Shown here piece by piece: positions 35,971-45,577 of a stretch of 64,000 nucleotides of DNA. The stretch covers positions 221 to 64,220 of the forward strand of contig JBCCHI010000004.1 in NCBI GenBank assembly GCA_039028815.1, given 5' to 3'. Each line of letters begins with the position of its first letter. Within the stretch, counting starts at the first letter, position 1. This DNA comes from Pseudomonadota bacterium (GTDB lineage: Bacteria > Pseudomonadota > Alphaproteobacteria > Rhodobacterales > Rhodobacteraceae). A program made the position numbers and the translations under genes. Below the pieces are notes generated by a model. It was not told the DNA's origin, ran no database searches, and saw only the letters and a program-made list of their open reading frames with translations.

Positions 35971-37894
35971 CTGATGCGCTGCCCTCTGTTTCGGCGGGGT
36001 CTTCGGCGTCCTCAAGACCAGGGGTGGCGTCGGCGTCCGTTTCGGTCTCCAAAGCTTCCAGAGTGGTCTGCTCTTCGACAATGGGTTCAGGGCGGATCAC
36101 CTTGAATTCGATCCGGCGGTTGGCCTCGCGGCCTTTTTCGGTGTCGTTATCGGCAATCGGAGCGCTCTCGCCATAGCCCCTGACGGTGATCGAGGCCGTC
36201 AGAACGCGGCGCGCGCGCAATTCGTTCAGCACAGTCTGCGCCCGCGACTGACTGAGCTGCTGATTCATCACTTCGCGACCCTGGCTGTCCGTGTGACCAC
36301 CAATCTCCATTCGGATTTCACCACATTTCTGAAGTATCTCGGCGATGTCATCCATCACGGCGCGCCCGTTGGTGTCGATTTCGGACGAACCGGGCTCAAA
36401 CGTGATCTTGCGATCCACCTGCACCTCCGCGACCTTGGCCTCGCACTCTTCCGGTGTCGGCAGGCTGGCCACGGGATCGAGTGTTTCGCGGTACGACACG
36501 TCAATCTCGAACCGGGCGGCCTCGCCCAGCTTGCGGGCAAACAGGGCCGAGATATCCGCACTGGCGGTTTCGCGACCGGTCTGGCCGCGCACAGACACCG
36601 TATCGGGCGCGACGGTGACCGCACCATTCGACAGATAGGCGAGGGCCTCGATCCCCGTCAGAACACGCAGCGTCCAGTCTGATGGCAAATCGTCGGCCAC
36701 GCGCGCGGCCGTGCTGACCGTATCAGACGCGAATTTTGCCTGAGCGAAACTGTCGATGGTGCGCCGGCTCACCGCACTGTCAACGCGTCCGCGGATTTGC
36801 ACCAGCCCTTCGGGCGAGAGGGTTGCAACAACCTCCGGCGCCACGGGGGCATCCTCGGATACCGGTTCCGGTAGAACCGCCTTCAGCGCGTAGACCTCCG
36901 GTAACGTCGTTTCAAGCCGGCCAATCACGGTATCGAACCGCTCCTGCGGTGTCGTTTCCAGGGCGACAAGAGCAATATCAGCATCGGTGAACGTCAAGGT
37001 GCCGCCTCCCAGATCCGCAAGCGCCTGGATCGCCAAACCAGTGGCCTGGCCCCATGTCGGTGACGGCACGCCCAGCGCAAGCCTGCATTCCGGCTTGCCC
37101 GAAAGACCGGCCTGCCCTGCCGCGGCGAGGATGGTCGCGCGGGTCTCTTCGGTATCGGCATGGCAGGCATCGAACCGGCCAAGTCCGTTTTCCAGCGTGT
37201 ATCGCAGGGTAAACGGCGTCGCGACAGGTCGGGGGGCCGAGACATCCAGTGTCAGCCGCACGTCCTCTGGCAACCGACGCGCCAGCCGCGTTTCGAGGTC
37301 GATCTTGGACTGGACGCTGTCCGCCATCGTGACGACACTGACGCGATCAGCCTCTACCGATATCTTGGTGCGCGGCATGTCACCCAAAGCCGCCACAGCG
37401 AATTCGAGCGCGTCGTCCCAGGTCGCGGGCGTCGGATAGTCTGCGGTTTCGAGAAAGTCCGTTACGTCCACATTTCTGACTTCCGCTCGAATACGCTTCA
37501 GAAGCGCCTCGCGATCCGTGTCCGCCGGAACGAGCCCGATCAAGGACAGGCCGGCTTCGTTGCGCAACATCTCGATCGAGAACCGGGGCGGGCTGATTGG
37601 CACGGATTCCTCGACCAGCATCTGATCAATGATCCGCGCCGATTCGACGACAGAGCCCGCAACCGAAAGCGCACGAAACCGGGCTGCCTCCGAGGGCGCC
37701 GTTCCGGCAAGATAGACCTGCAGCCCGTCAGCGTCGATCTGGGTCCAGACCATGCCCTGAGCGTCAAGAGTATCCCGCACCGCGTGGCGCGAAGCTTCTT
37801 CTATGACGCGCACTGAAAACTGCGCCGCAAGCACGCAACTCAGAAAAGCCGCGCCAAAAACCCCCGCAATCGCGAAAACCACTGAAAGGCGCAT
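35963..37894 (-). CDS. OmpA-family protein with long N-terminal periplasmic region
   Basis: C-terminal OmpA-like ITFEPGSSEID...GGHTDSQG...LSQSRAQTV. ATG 37894 (MRLSVVFAIAG) gives a signal or anchor sequence. Confidence 0.85.
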   Translation of the reverse strand: MRLSVVFAIAGVFGAAFLSCVLAAQFSVRVIEEASRHAVRDTLDAQGMVWTQIDADGLQVYLAGTAPSEAARFRALSVAGSVVESARIIDQMLVEESVPISPPRFSIEMLRNEAGLSLIGLVPADTDREALLKRIRAEVRNVDVTDFLETADYPTPATWDDALEFAVAALGDMPRTKISVEADRVSVVTMADSVQSKIDLETRLARRLPEDVRLTLDVSAPRPVATPFTLRYTLENGLGRFDACHADTEETRATILAAAGQAGLSGKPECRLALGVPSPTWGQATGLAIQALADLGGGTLTFTDADIALVALETTPQERFDTVIGRLETTLPEVYALKAVLPEPVSEDAPVAPEVVATLSPEGLVQIRGRVDSAVSRRTIDSFAQAKFASDTVSTAARVADDLPSDWTLRVLTGIEALAYLSNGAVTVAPDTVSVRGQTGRETASADISALFARKLGEAARFEIDVSYRETLDPVASLPTPEECEAKVAEVQVDRKITFEPGSSEIDTNGRAVMDDIAEILQKCGEIRMEIGGHTDSQGREVMNQQLSQSRAQTVLNELRARRVLTASITVRGYGESAPIADNDTEKGREANRRIEFKVIRPEPIVEEQTTLEALETETDADATPGLEDAEDPAETEGSASDE

Positions 37895-37956
37895 CGCGCG
37901 AACGTCCAAAATTGTTGGTCCCGAACCTGTTTAGGCAAGCGCGCCGACGAGTGCAA

Positions 37957-38946
37957 TCAAAGCAGTATGGCAATGGCGAAAAACGGCAATGGCAAAAGGC
38001 CGGCATCGCGATTCGACCGGAAGAGGCGCACGAGAGCCGTATCATCCTCCGGATTGAACGAACGCAATTGCCAGAACAGATGCAACCCGAACGCCCAGGG
38101 CCCCACCAGCGCAACAAGAACTGCGCCCGGAGCCCCGTTGACCGCCGCCAGGATCACTGCCAGCGCCATCAGCGAGACCGCCGCGATCAGAAAGCGGCGC
38201 AGCCATGTCGGGGTCGCGCGGCCAAACAGACGTGCTGTCGACTTGACACCGATCAGGGCGTCATCCTCGGCATCCTGATGCGCGTAGATCGTGTCGTAGA
38301 ACAACGTCCATGCGATCCCGGCAAGATACAGCACGCAGGCAGGCGCCTGCAATTCACCGGTATGCGCGGTCCATGCCAGCAGGGCGCCCCAATTGAATGC
38401 GATGCCCAGAAAAACCTGAGGCCACCAGGTAAAGCGCTTGGCGAACGGGTAGATCGCCACAGGAACCAGTGACACAACACCCAGCACAATTGCCATCGGA
38501 TGAAAGGTCAGAAGAATACAGAACGCCAGCAGAGACTGCACGATCGCCCAGATCAGCGCGGCGCGCGTGCTGACCTGGCCCGACGGGATCGGGCGCGCGG
38601 CGGTACGGCTGACCCGACCGTCAATATCGCGGTCGGTGATATCGTTCCAGGTGCATCCCGCCCCGCGCATCAGAAACGCACCGATCGCACACCCGCAGAA
38701 AATCCACAGGTCGTGCCAGCGCGCCTCTCCGTCATACAGCATCGCCAAGGCCAGTCCCCACCAGCACGGCAAAAGCAAAAGCCATGTACCGATTGGCCGG
38801 TCCGCCCGTGACAGTCGCAGGAATGGCCGGGTCCCGGCAGGGGCGTAGCGATCGACCCAGTTGCCCGCGACCGCATCCGCGATATGCGTGTCTTGAGACA
38901 CATCGCTTTGCCGAGCAGGCTCTGGCGTAGGAGTCTTTCCGGTCAT
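37957..38946 (-). CDS. ubiA: 4-hydroxybenzoate polyprenyltransferase
   Basis: NDITDRDIDGRVSRTAARPIPSG and YAHQDAEDD motifs; polytopic. Confidence 0.9.
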   Translation of the reverse strand: MTGKTPTPEPARQSDVSQDTHIADAVAGNWVDRYAPAGTRPFLRLSRADRPIGTWLLLLPCWWGLALAMLYDGEARWHDLWIFCGCAIGAFLMRGAGCTWNDITDRDIDGRVSRTAARPIPSGQVSTRAALIWAIVQSLLAFCILLTFHPMAIVLGVVSLVPVAIYPFAKRFTWWPQVFLGIAFNWGALLAWTAHTGELQAPACVLYLAGIAWTLFYDTIYAHQDAEDDALIGVKSTARLFGRATPTWLRRFLIAAVSLMALAVILAAVNGAPGAVLVALVGPWAFGLHLFWQLRSFNPEDDTALVRLFRSNRDAGLLPLPFFAIAILL

Positions 38947-38957
38947 ATGGTGCCCTC

Positions 38958-39686
38958 ATGACTGCGCCCAGGATCCGGCTTTTTGTAGATCACTCGCTGT
39001 GCCGGGCGCAATGCGTCCCGCTTGATCGCGATCAGGCACACTATCTTTTTGGTGTGATGCGACAGACCACGGGTGGCGCGATTCTGGTCTTCAACGGCCG
39101 TGATGGCGAATGGCGCGCGCGGATCACCACTGCGGGCAAGCGGTCGGGCCTGCTGGAGATCGAAGAACAAACGCGGCCCCAGCACGACCCGCCTGATCTT
39201 TGGCTCCTGTTTGCACCGATCAAGAAGACGCGCACGGATTTCATTGTCGAAAAGGCCACGGAACTTGGCGCGGCGCGTATCCTTCCGGTACAAACCGAGT
39301 TCACCAACTCCGAACGCCTGCGGCAGGACCGTCTGCAGGCACATGCCATTGAAGCAGCGGAACAATGCGGCGGAACATATGTCCCGGAAGTCGCCGCACT
39401 GCAAAAGCTTGACGTCCTGCTGTCAAGCTGGCCCGAGGATCGCAGCTTGATGTTTTGTGACGAGGCGCAGGCCGGCAAGACGACACCTCTGACCCGCGAC
39501 AGATCTGTTGCGCCCTGGGCCATTCTGATCGGACCGGAAGGAGGCTTTTCAAAGGCCGAACGCGACAGACTGACCACACTTGGCAGCACACGGGTCACAA
39601 GCCTCGGACCACGCATATTGCGTGCCGACACAGCCGCGGTTGCGGCAATGACGCTCTGGCAGGACGCCATGGGAGACTGGCGGTGA
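38958..39686 (+). CDS. rsmE: 16S rRNA (uracil1498-N3)-methyltransferase
   Basis: RIRLFVD... N-terminus and LIGPEGGFSKAE SPOUT motif. Confidence 0.88.
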   Translation: MTAPRIRLFVDHSLCRAQCVPLDRDQAHYLFGVMRQTTGGAILVFNGRDGEWRARITTAGKRSGLLEIEEQTRPQHDPPDLWLLFAPIKKTRTDFIVEKATELGAARILPVQTEFTNSERLRQDRLQAHAIEAAEQCGGTYVPEVAALQKLDVLLSSWPEDRSLMFCDEAQAGKTTPLTRDRSVAPWAILIGPEGGFSKAERDRLTTLGSTRVTSLGPRILRADTAAVAAMTLWQDAMGDWR

Positions 39687-40210
39687 CATTTGTACGTCCC
39701 GAAATCCGTGCCGGGCTGAATCGCTGGCGAGAGGCGATCGCAGGTGTTTGTGTTTCGGGGCTGGGTCTGTGGTGGACGTTCGTGACCGGCGGCTTGTTGT
39801 TCTATCTCGGTCTTGTGCTCATTCCCGTCGGATTTTCGTTTACGGCCCTCGGTGTGCAGCGGGCAAGGCTGCGCACAGGGTCCGTTGGCCCCGGTATTGT
39901 CCAGATCGACGAAGGCCGGGTGATTTACTTTGGGCCATTGACCGGCGGCGTGGCCGATCTCGACTCCCTGACGCGAATCGAGATCAATCCCGGCGGCCGA
40001 CCTGCCCATTGGCTGCTTCACAGACCCGGCGAAGAGGTACTTGGCATTCCGGTCAGCGCAAACGGTGCAGAGCAGTTGCTGGATGCATTCTCCATTCTGC
40101 CGGGTTTTCAGTCCGCCCGCGCCGTCGCTGCCATGCGACAGACCGGTCAGCACGCGCTGATCATCTGGCAGCGCGGACGACAAGACCCCGCGCTTCCCCT
40201 GATGCCTTAG
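39683..40210 (+). CDS. Hypothetical membrane protein
   Basis: GTG 39683 overlaps the rsmE stop (GTGA). Two N-terminal TM helices. Confidence 0.5.
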   Translation: MTFVRPEIRAGLNRWREAIAGVCVSGLGLWWTFVTGGLLFYLGLVLIPVGFSFTALGVQRARLRTGSVGPGIVQIDEGRVIYFGPLTGGVADLDSLTRIEINPGGRPAHWLLHRPGEEVLGIPVSANGAEQLLDAFSILPGFQSARAVAAMRQTGQHALIIWQRGRQDPALPLMP

Positions 40211-40345
40211 TGGCTGTGCGCCCCGGCCTTGCGCCAGCCCGATGCTCTGATCCGAGACGGCCATGACTGCATCCGCTGCATTGACACCCCTGCACATCCA
40301 AGCCAACTGTGCCGGAATTGCGCGTAGCACGGCAGGAGATCCCCG

Positions 40346-41716
40346 ATGTCCATTCCCCAGTCCGGTGGCGGCCCGATCGAGCATCAGGCGCAACTTGCGG
40401 AGTATCTCGACTCCGGTTGCAAACCGCGCGATGACTGGCGCATCGGGACCGAGCACGAGAAGTTCGGCTACTGCCGCGACACGCTCGAGCCGATTCTGTA
40501 TGACGGCCCGCGCAGTGTGCTGTCGGTTCTGGAAGGCTTGCGCGACAAGCACGGCTGGACCCCGGTGGAGGAAAGCGGCAAGCTTATCGGCCTGACCAAG
40601 GATGGCGCCAATGTCTCGCTTGAACCGGGTGGGCAACTGGAACTTTCGGGCGCGCCCCTGACCACGATCCACGAAACCTGCGACGAGGTGAATGATCATC
40701 TGCGCGACGTCAAGGATATCGCGGACAAGGTCGGGGTCGGCTTCATCGGGCTGGGCGCTGCGCCGATCTGGCGGCACGAGGACATGCCCGTGATGCCCAA
40801 GGGGCGCTACAACCTGATGACGGATTACATGGACCGTGTCGGCACCATGGGCAAATCGATGATGTACCGCACCTGTACCGTGCAGGTGAATCTCGATTTT
40901 GCCTCCGAGGCGGACATGGTGCAAAAGCTGCGCGTCGCGCTGGCGCTGCAGCCGGTGGCAACGGCGCTCTTTGCAAATTCCCCCTTTTTCGAGGGCCGCC
41001 CGAACGGCCACAAATCGTGGCGCAGCCGGGTCTGGCGGTCGCTTGACGATGACCGAACGGGCATGTTGCCCTTTGTGTTCGAGGACGGATTCGGTTTCGA
41101 AGCCTGGGTCGACTACGCCCTGGACGTGCCGATGTACTTTGTTTACCGCGACGGGCGGTACCTGGATGCGCTTGGTCAGTCGTTCCGGGATTTCCTCAAG
41201 GGCCAGTTGCCCGCCTTGCCAGGCGAGACGCCGACGCTCTCAGACTGGGCGGATCATCTGACAACGATCTTCCCAGAAGCGCGCATCAAGAAGTTCATGG
41301 AGATGCGTGGCGCGGATGGCGGGCCCTGGCGGCGCCTGTGCGCCCTGCCTGCCTTCTGGGTGGGTCTTATGTATGATCAGGGCGCGCTCGATGCGGCGTG
41401 GGATCTTGTAAAGGGGTGGAGTGCGGAGACGCGTGAAGCCCTGCGCATCGCCGCCAGCGAACATGCGTTGCAGGCCCGCGTCGGCAACATTGAGATGCAT
41501 CAGCTTGCGCGAGAGGTTGTTTCGCTTGCAGAATCGGGGCTCAAGGCCCGCGCCTGCCCCGGCGCCGGCGGTCTGGTCCCGGATGAGACGCATTTTCTTA
41601 ACGCGTTGAAGGAAAGCCTCGACTCCGGTCAGGTCGCAGCCGACGAATTGCTGTCTCATTACTACGGAGACTGGGACGGTGATCTGACCCGGATTTACGC
41701 CGAATACAGTTACTGA
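40346..41716 (+). CDS. gshA: Glutamate-cysteine ligase (plant/alphaproteobacterial GCS2 type)
   Basis: GGAG SD. IGTEHEKFGY, LEPGGQLELSGAP, 456 aa. Confidence 0.9.
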   Translation: MSIPQSGGGPIEHQAQLAEYLDSGCKPRDDWRIGTEHEKFGYCRDTLEPILYDGPRSVLSVLEGLRDKHGWTPVEESGKLIGLTKDGANVSLEPGGQLELSGAPLTTIHETCDEVNDHLRDVKDIADKVGVGFIGLGAAPIWRHEDMPVMPKGRYNLMTDYMDRVGTMGKSMMYRTCTVQVNLDFASEADMVQKLRVALALQPVATALFANSPFFEGRPNGHKSWRSRVWRSLDDDRTGMLPFVFEDGFGFEAWVDYALDVPMYFVYRDGRYLDALGQSFRDFLKGQLPALPGETPTLSDWADHLTTIFPEARIKKFMEMRGADGGPWRRLCALPAFWVGLMYDQGALDAAWDLVKGWSAETREALRIAASEHALQARVGNIEMHQLAREVVSLAESGLKARACPGAGGLVPDETHFLNALKESLDSGQVAADELLSHYYGDWDGDLTRIYAEYSY

Positions 41717-41747
41717 GCATGTGATCCGTCAAGCACCCGGCGCCGTG

Positions 41748-42299
41748 TCAATTCAGAAGTTCGCGCAACCGCGCCAGCCAGTCCTCTTTCCGGTTGCGCG
41801 CCTTTCCGATGGCCTGGTGACCGAAGTAGAGATGCAGAATCACATCCGCCAGATCTGCGGCATGACCGGATTCGAGATCCGGCTTGTGGCGGGTGAGCAC
41901 CTGCAGGATTGCCTGTTGCAACCGCGCCGCCATCTGATTGGCCTTGTCGGCCACCTGCGGGTTGAACGGCGCAAGCTCAACCATCGCGTTGCAGATAAAG
42001 CAGCCGCGCGTCGGATCGCCTGACCCTTCAAACAACAGGGAAAGACACGTGGCAGCATCCGGATCCCGACACCGGGCCAGATTGTCCACTGTTTTATCCA
42101 CAATGATGCGATCGTACTGATCGAGCGCCGCAAGATACGCTGATTCCTTGTCGTCAAACGCCTTGTAGAAACTACCACGCGTGAGGCCCATAGCTCCAAG
42201 AAGCTCTGGCAGGTTGGTTCCCTGATACCCCTGCCTCCAGAAGACATCCATTGCTCCCGAAAGAGCGGTGTCCATATCGAATTCTCTTGGTCGTGCCAT
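41748..42299 (-). CDS. TetR-family transcriptional regulator
   Basis: MARPREFDMDTALSGAMDVFWRQGYQGTNLPELLGAMGLTRGSFYKAFDDKE HTH. Confidence 0.85.
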   Translation of the reverse strand: MARPREFDMDTALSGAMDVFWRQGYQGTNLPELLGAMGLTRGSFYKAFDDKESAYLAALDQYDRIIVDKTVDNLARCRDPDAATCLSLLFEGSGDPTRGCFICNAMVELAPFNPQVADKANQMAARLQQAILQVLTRHKPDLESGHAADLADVILHLYFGHQAIGKARNRKEDWLARLRELLN

Positions 42300-42477
42300 A
42301 GCCGTACTACGTGTGTTGCGAAGAACTATGCTTAAATTCACGAGTGTTCACAATCATTTGTTTTGTACTATTTGGTTCCTAATCCCATTTTTCACCTGTT
42401 CACAAGGCAACGCCGTGAACTGACTTATCCACATGGCAACGGACGTCAGATCGTCGCCCCCCATTCGGAAACCAGAA

Positions 42478-42948
42478 ATGACCCACATAAAGACCCTTGT
42501 ATTCGGACTTGTCACAAGCGCCGTTCTCGCAACGTCCGCCATCGCAGCGGGTGTCGAACTCAACGCCTCTTCCACAGGTCTTGCCCTTCAGGGCTATGAC
42601 CCGGTTGCGTATTTCACGAAAGGCAGACCAACCAAAGGCAGTTGGAAAATCACAGCGACGCACAACGAGGCGACATACCGTTTCGCCAGTGAAGAGCACA
42701 AAGCCGCGTTCGAGGCAGACCCGGATGCCTACCTGCCGCAATACGGCGGCTATTGCGCGTTCGGAACGGCAATGGGGTTCAAGTTCGACGGTGACCCAAA
42801 CTACTGGAAGATCGTGGACGGCGAGCTGTTTCTGAACATTTCCGAAGATGTTCAGCAGCGCTGGCAGGAAGACATCCCCGGCTTTATCACTCAGGCGGAT
42901 GAAAACTGGACCGATATCGCAGACAAATCCCCTGCAGAACTCGAATAG
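42478..42948 (+). CDS. YHS-domain protein, secreted
   Basis: Signal peptide MTHIKTLVFGLVTSAVLATSAIA. GYDPVAYF...YRFASEEHKAAFEADP...YGGYCAF. Confidence 0.8.
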   Translation: MTHIKTLVFGLVTSAVLATSAIAAGVELNASSTGLALQGYDPVAYFTKGRPTKGSWKITATHNEATYRFASEEHKAAFEADPDAYLPQYGGYCAFGTAMGFKFDGDPNYWKIVDGELFLNISEDVQQRWQEDIPGFITQADENWTDIADKSPAELE

Positions 42949-42985
42949 CAACGTCCGGCGCACTTGCGCAGTCAGACAGATCAAA

Positions 42986-43007
42986 GCGGCAGCGATTGCG
43001 CTGCCGC
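42986..43007 (+). terminator. GC-rich hairpin after the YHS gene (no U-tract)
   Basis: GCGGCAGCG-attg-CGCTGCCGC, perfect 9-bp stem, 38 nt after the stop. Confidence 0.3.
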
Positions 43008-43156
43008 GTCACGCCTGCCTGACAATACTGAAACGCAGTTTCCTATCGCCGGCAGATGATCCTCTACCGGTTGCGCGCACCCGACACGCGTGCCGAAACG
43101 CGCCGCATCTCCGACAGGGGTGAACCCAGATGCCGCCCACCGGACGGCGGCACGCG

Positions 43157-43762
43157 TTACTTCTGGCCGATTTTGGGTTCCGTACCAGCTTTCAAACGGC
43201 GGATGTTGGCGGCATGGCGCATATAAACAAGGACTGTCAGAACGAGTCCGAGCGCCAGCATGTCAAAGCGGCCGAAGAGTCCCATCCAGATCGTTGAAAG
43301 CGAGGCACTTGTGATTGACGCCAATGACGACATACGGCCTATCGCGGCGACAACCAGCCATGTCAGGCAACACGCCGCACCCACAGGCCAGGCCAGTGCC
43401 AGCAGAACACCAAGAAACGTGGCGACGCCCTTGCCCCCCCTGAAGCCCAGCCAGATCGGGTAACAGTGCCCCAGAAACGCCGCGAGCGCGGCCACCTGAG
43501 CGGCATCCTCGCCCGAGATCACCCTGGCCAGAAGAACGGGCACCGCACCCTTGACCGCATCCATCACCAGCGTCAGCGCGGCGGCCGCCTTGTTTCCGGT
43601 GCGCAGCACGTTCGTGGCGCCAATGTTGCCCGATCCGATCTGCCGCAGATCGCCAAGGCCCAGCATTCGGGCCACCAGAACACCAAACGGAATCGCACCG
43701 ATCAGATAGGCGGCCAGCGCCCAGACCCCGAGAAGAACATAGGGCGTCGTCACATCAGGCAT
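43157..43762 (-). CDS. plsY: Glycerol-3-phosphate acyltransferase PlsY
   Basis: GAIPFGVLVARMLGLGDLRQIGSGNIGATNVLRTG. ATG 43762 overlaps the pyrC' end by 8 nt. Confidence 0.92.
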   Translation of the reverse strand: MPDVTTPYVLLGVWALAAYLIGAIPFGVLVARMLGLGDLRQIGSGNIGATNVLRTGNKAAAALTLVMDAVKGAVPVLLARVISGEDAAQVAALAAFLGHCYPIWLGFRGGKGVATFLGVLLALAWPVGAACCLTWLVVAAIGRMSSLASITSASLSTIWMGLFGRFDMLALGLVLTVLVYMRHAANIRRLKAGTEPKIGQK

Positions 43763-45035
43763 GATCCGCCCCATAAACAGACCGCCCCGCGACAAAGGTT
43801 GCGCGGACAATGCCCGGCAGTGTGGTTCCGTCAAAAGGCGTGTTCTTGGATTTCGACCGCAACATCCATCGATCGACCACCTGCACGGCAGTCGGGTCAA
43901 AAAGAACAAGGTCAGCGGGCGCCCCTTTGGACAGGCGTCCGCACTCCAGCCCCATGCGCCGTGCCGGGTTCAGCGACAAGGCCCGGAAGAGCCCCGGAAG
44001 GTCCAGAGCGCCCTCCTTTACCAGCAGCAACGCGGCGGGCAGCAGAGTTTCCAACCCGACCGCGCCACTCGCAGCTTCTTCAAACGGCAGGCGTTTGGAT
44101 TCCTCGTCCTGCGGCGTGTGCATCGAACTCAGCGTGTCGATCAACCCGTCGCGCAAGGCGGTCAGCACGGCGGCGCGATCCTCTTCTGCGCGCAAAGGAG
44201 GCTTTATCTTGAAGAACGTCCGGTAGTCCGCGATATCATGCTCTGTCAGGGTCAGATGATGAATTGAAGTCCCGGCGGTGATATCAACCCCAGCATCGCG
44301 GGCGCGCGCCAAAACCGGCAGCGCAGCGGCTGTGGTGACCTGATCGGCGTGATAGCGGACGCCCGTCAGTTCAAGCAGCGAGATGTCTCGCTCCAGCCCC
44401 ATTCTTTCCGCCAGAGCCGGCACGGCGGGCAGGCCCAGCTTCGAGGCAAACGCCCCCGAGGTCGCCGCCGCACCCGCGCTCAGATCCGGTTCCTGCACAT
44501 GTCCCAGGACAAGAGCACCCAGACCGGATGCGTAGCGCAGAGCCCGTGCAAGCACCTTGGTGTCGCGCACCACCCGGTCGCAATCGGTGAAGGCCACGGC
44601 ACCTGCATCCATCAGAAATCCGATTTCCGTCATTTCCCGTCCGGCGCGGCCCTTGGTCAGGGCGGCCATTGGAAGGACGTGTACCGGCGCCACCTCGTTC
44701 GCGCGACGGGCGACGAATTCCAGCGTCTCAGGGCTGTCAATCGCAGGCTCGGTATCGGGTCGCGTTATCATCGTCGTCACGCCACCGGCGGCTGCCGCCG
44801 CCCCGGCGGAGCGGTAGCTTTCCTTGTGCCGTTCTCCCGGTTCGCAAACCTTGACGCCCACATCGACGATGCCCGGCGCGAGACACAGGCCCTTGCAGTC
44901 GCGCTCTGCATCAGCCGTTGGCGGATCGCCTTGCCCTGTGGCTCGGATCTTTCCATATTCCGCCAGAAGCCAGCCAGGCGAGTCCTGTCCGGTCTCGGGG
45001 TCAATCAGACGGGCGTTTGTGAAAATCTCGCTCAT
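43755..45035 (-). CDS. pyrC: Dihydroorotase-like protein lacking metal/catalytic residues (PyrC'-type)
   Basis: Class I DHOase fold motifs are recognisable, but HxH is replaced by GIVDVGVKV and DHAP by SMHTP. Confidence 0.85.
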   Translation of the reverse strand: MSEIFTNARLIDPETGQDSPGWLLAEYGKIRATGQGDPPTADAERDCKGLCLAPGIVDVGVKVCEPGERHKESYRSAGAAAAAGGVTTMITRPDTEPAIDSPETLEFVARRANEVAPVHVLPMAALTKGRAGREMTEIGFLMDAGAVAFTDCDRVVRDTKVLARALRYASGLGALVLGHVQEPDLSAGAAATSGAFASKLGLPAVPALAERMGLERDISLLELTGVRYHADQVTTAAALPVLARARDAGVDITAGTSIHHLTLTEHDIADYRTFFKIKPPLRAEEDRAAVLTALRDGLIDTLSSMHTPQDEESKRLPFEEAASGAVGLETLLPAALLLVKEGALDLPGLFRALSLNPARRMGLECGRLSKGAPADLVLFDPTAVQVVDRWMLRSKSKNTPFDGTTLPGIVRATFVAGRSVYGADHA

Positions 45036-45577
45036 GCCGCGATCCAGATGATCAGCGCGGTGATTGCGAAAATGACCAGAAGCGCGGTCATCGCGACACG
45101 GCCCGACATGGCTGCGTTGGATCTCCCCCGCGCGCGCATCGGGGCCGGTTCCGTCCCGCCGGTGGGCAGCGGATCAAACTGGACAGGGCTGTGCTCTTCC
45201 CTGAACGTACCGATCCAGCGCAGGGGTGCACGCGGCTGAAGAGAGACGGCAAGCCCCTTGAACGCCCGCGACAGCAGCACCAGCACCGCGCCTGCAACCG
45301 CATCAAGCTGCGCCCGGTGCTCTGCAATGTCGGCGTCGGAAATACCCAGGCCGTCGGTCATGTAACCTGCAAGCCCCATTTCGCCCAGATCATCCACGGA
45401 CATGATGTCGACAAAGGTCTCATCGAGATCCTCCACCCCAAGCGCCTGCTGGACGGGCCAGCGACCGGTCAGCGGATCCCTTTGCAAGAAGCGCTTTGTT
45501 TCTTCTGCCGGAAGGTCGATCCGAAACAACCGTATGACGCCGCGTTCACCCGATCTGATGTCAAAACGTTCGCTCAT
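45032..45577 (-). CDS. Hypothetical tail-anchored protein between pyrB and pyrC'
   Basis: 181 aa. ATGA overlaps at both ends (45574-45577 and 45032-45035). C-terminal [22 protein letters not shown]. Confidence 0.6.
   Translation of the reverse strand: MSERFDIRSGERGVIRLFRIDLPAEETKRFLQRDPLTGRWPVQQALGVEDLDETFVDIMSVDDLGEMGLAGYMTDGLGISDADIAEHRAQLDAVAGAVLVLLSRAFKGLAVSLQPRAPLRWIGTFREEHSPVQFDPLPTGGTEPAPMRARGRSNAAMSGRVAMTALLVIFAITALIIWIAA

Noticed and set aside
39041-41011. 656-aa ORF on the minus strand
   Set aside because: It spans three well-supported plus-strand genes (rsmE, a membrane protein, gshA) in antisense and has no motifs.
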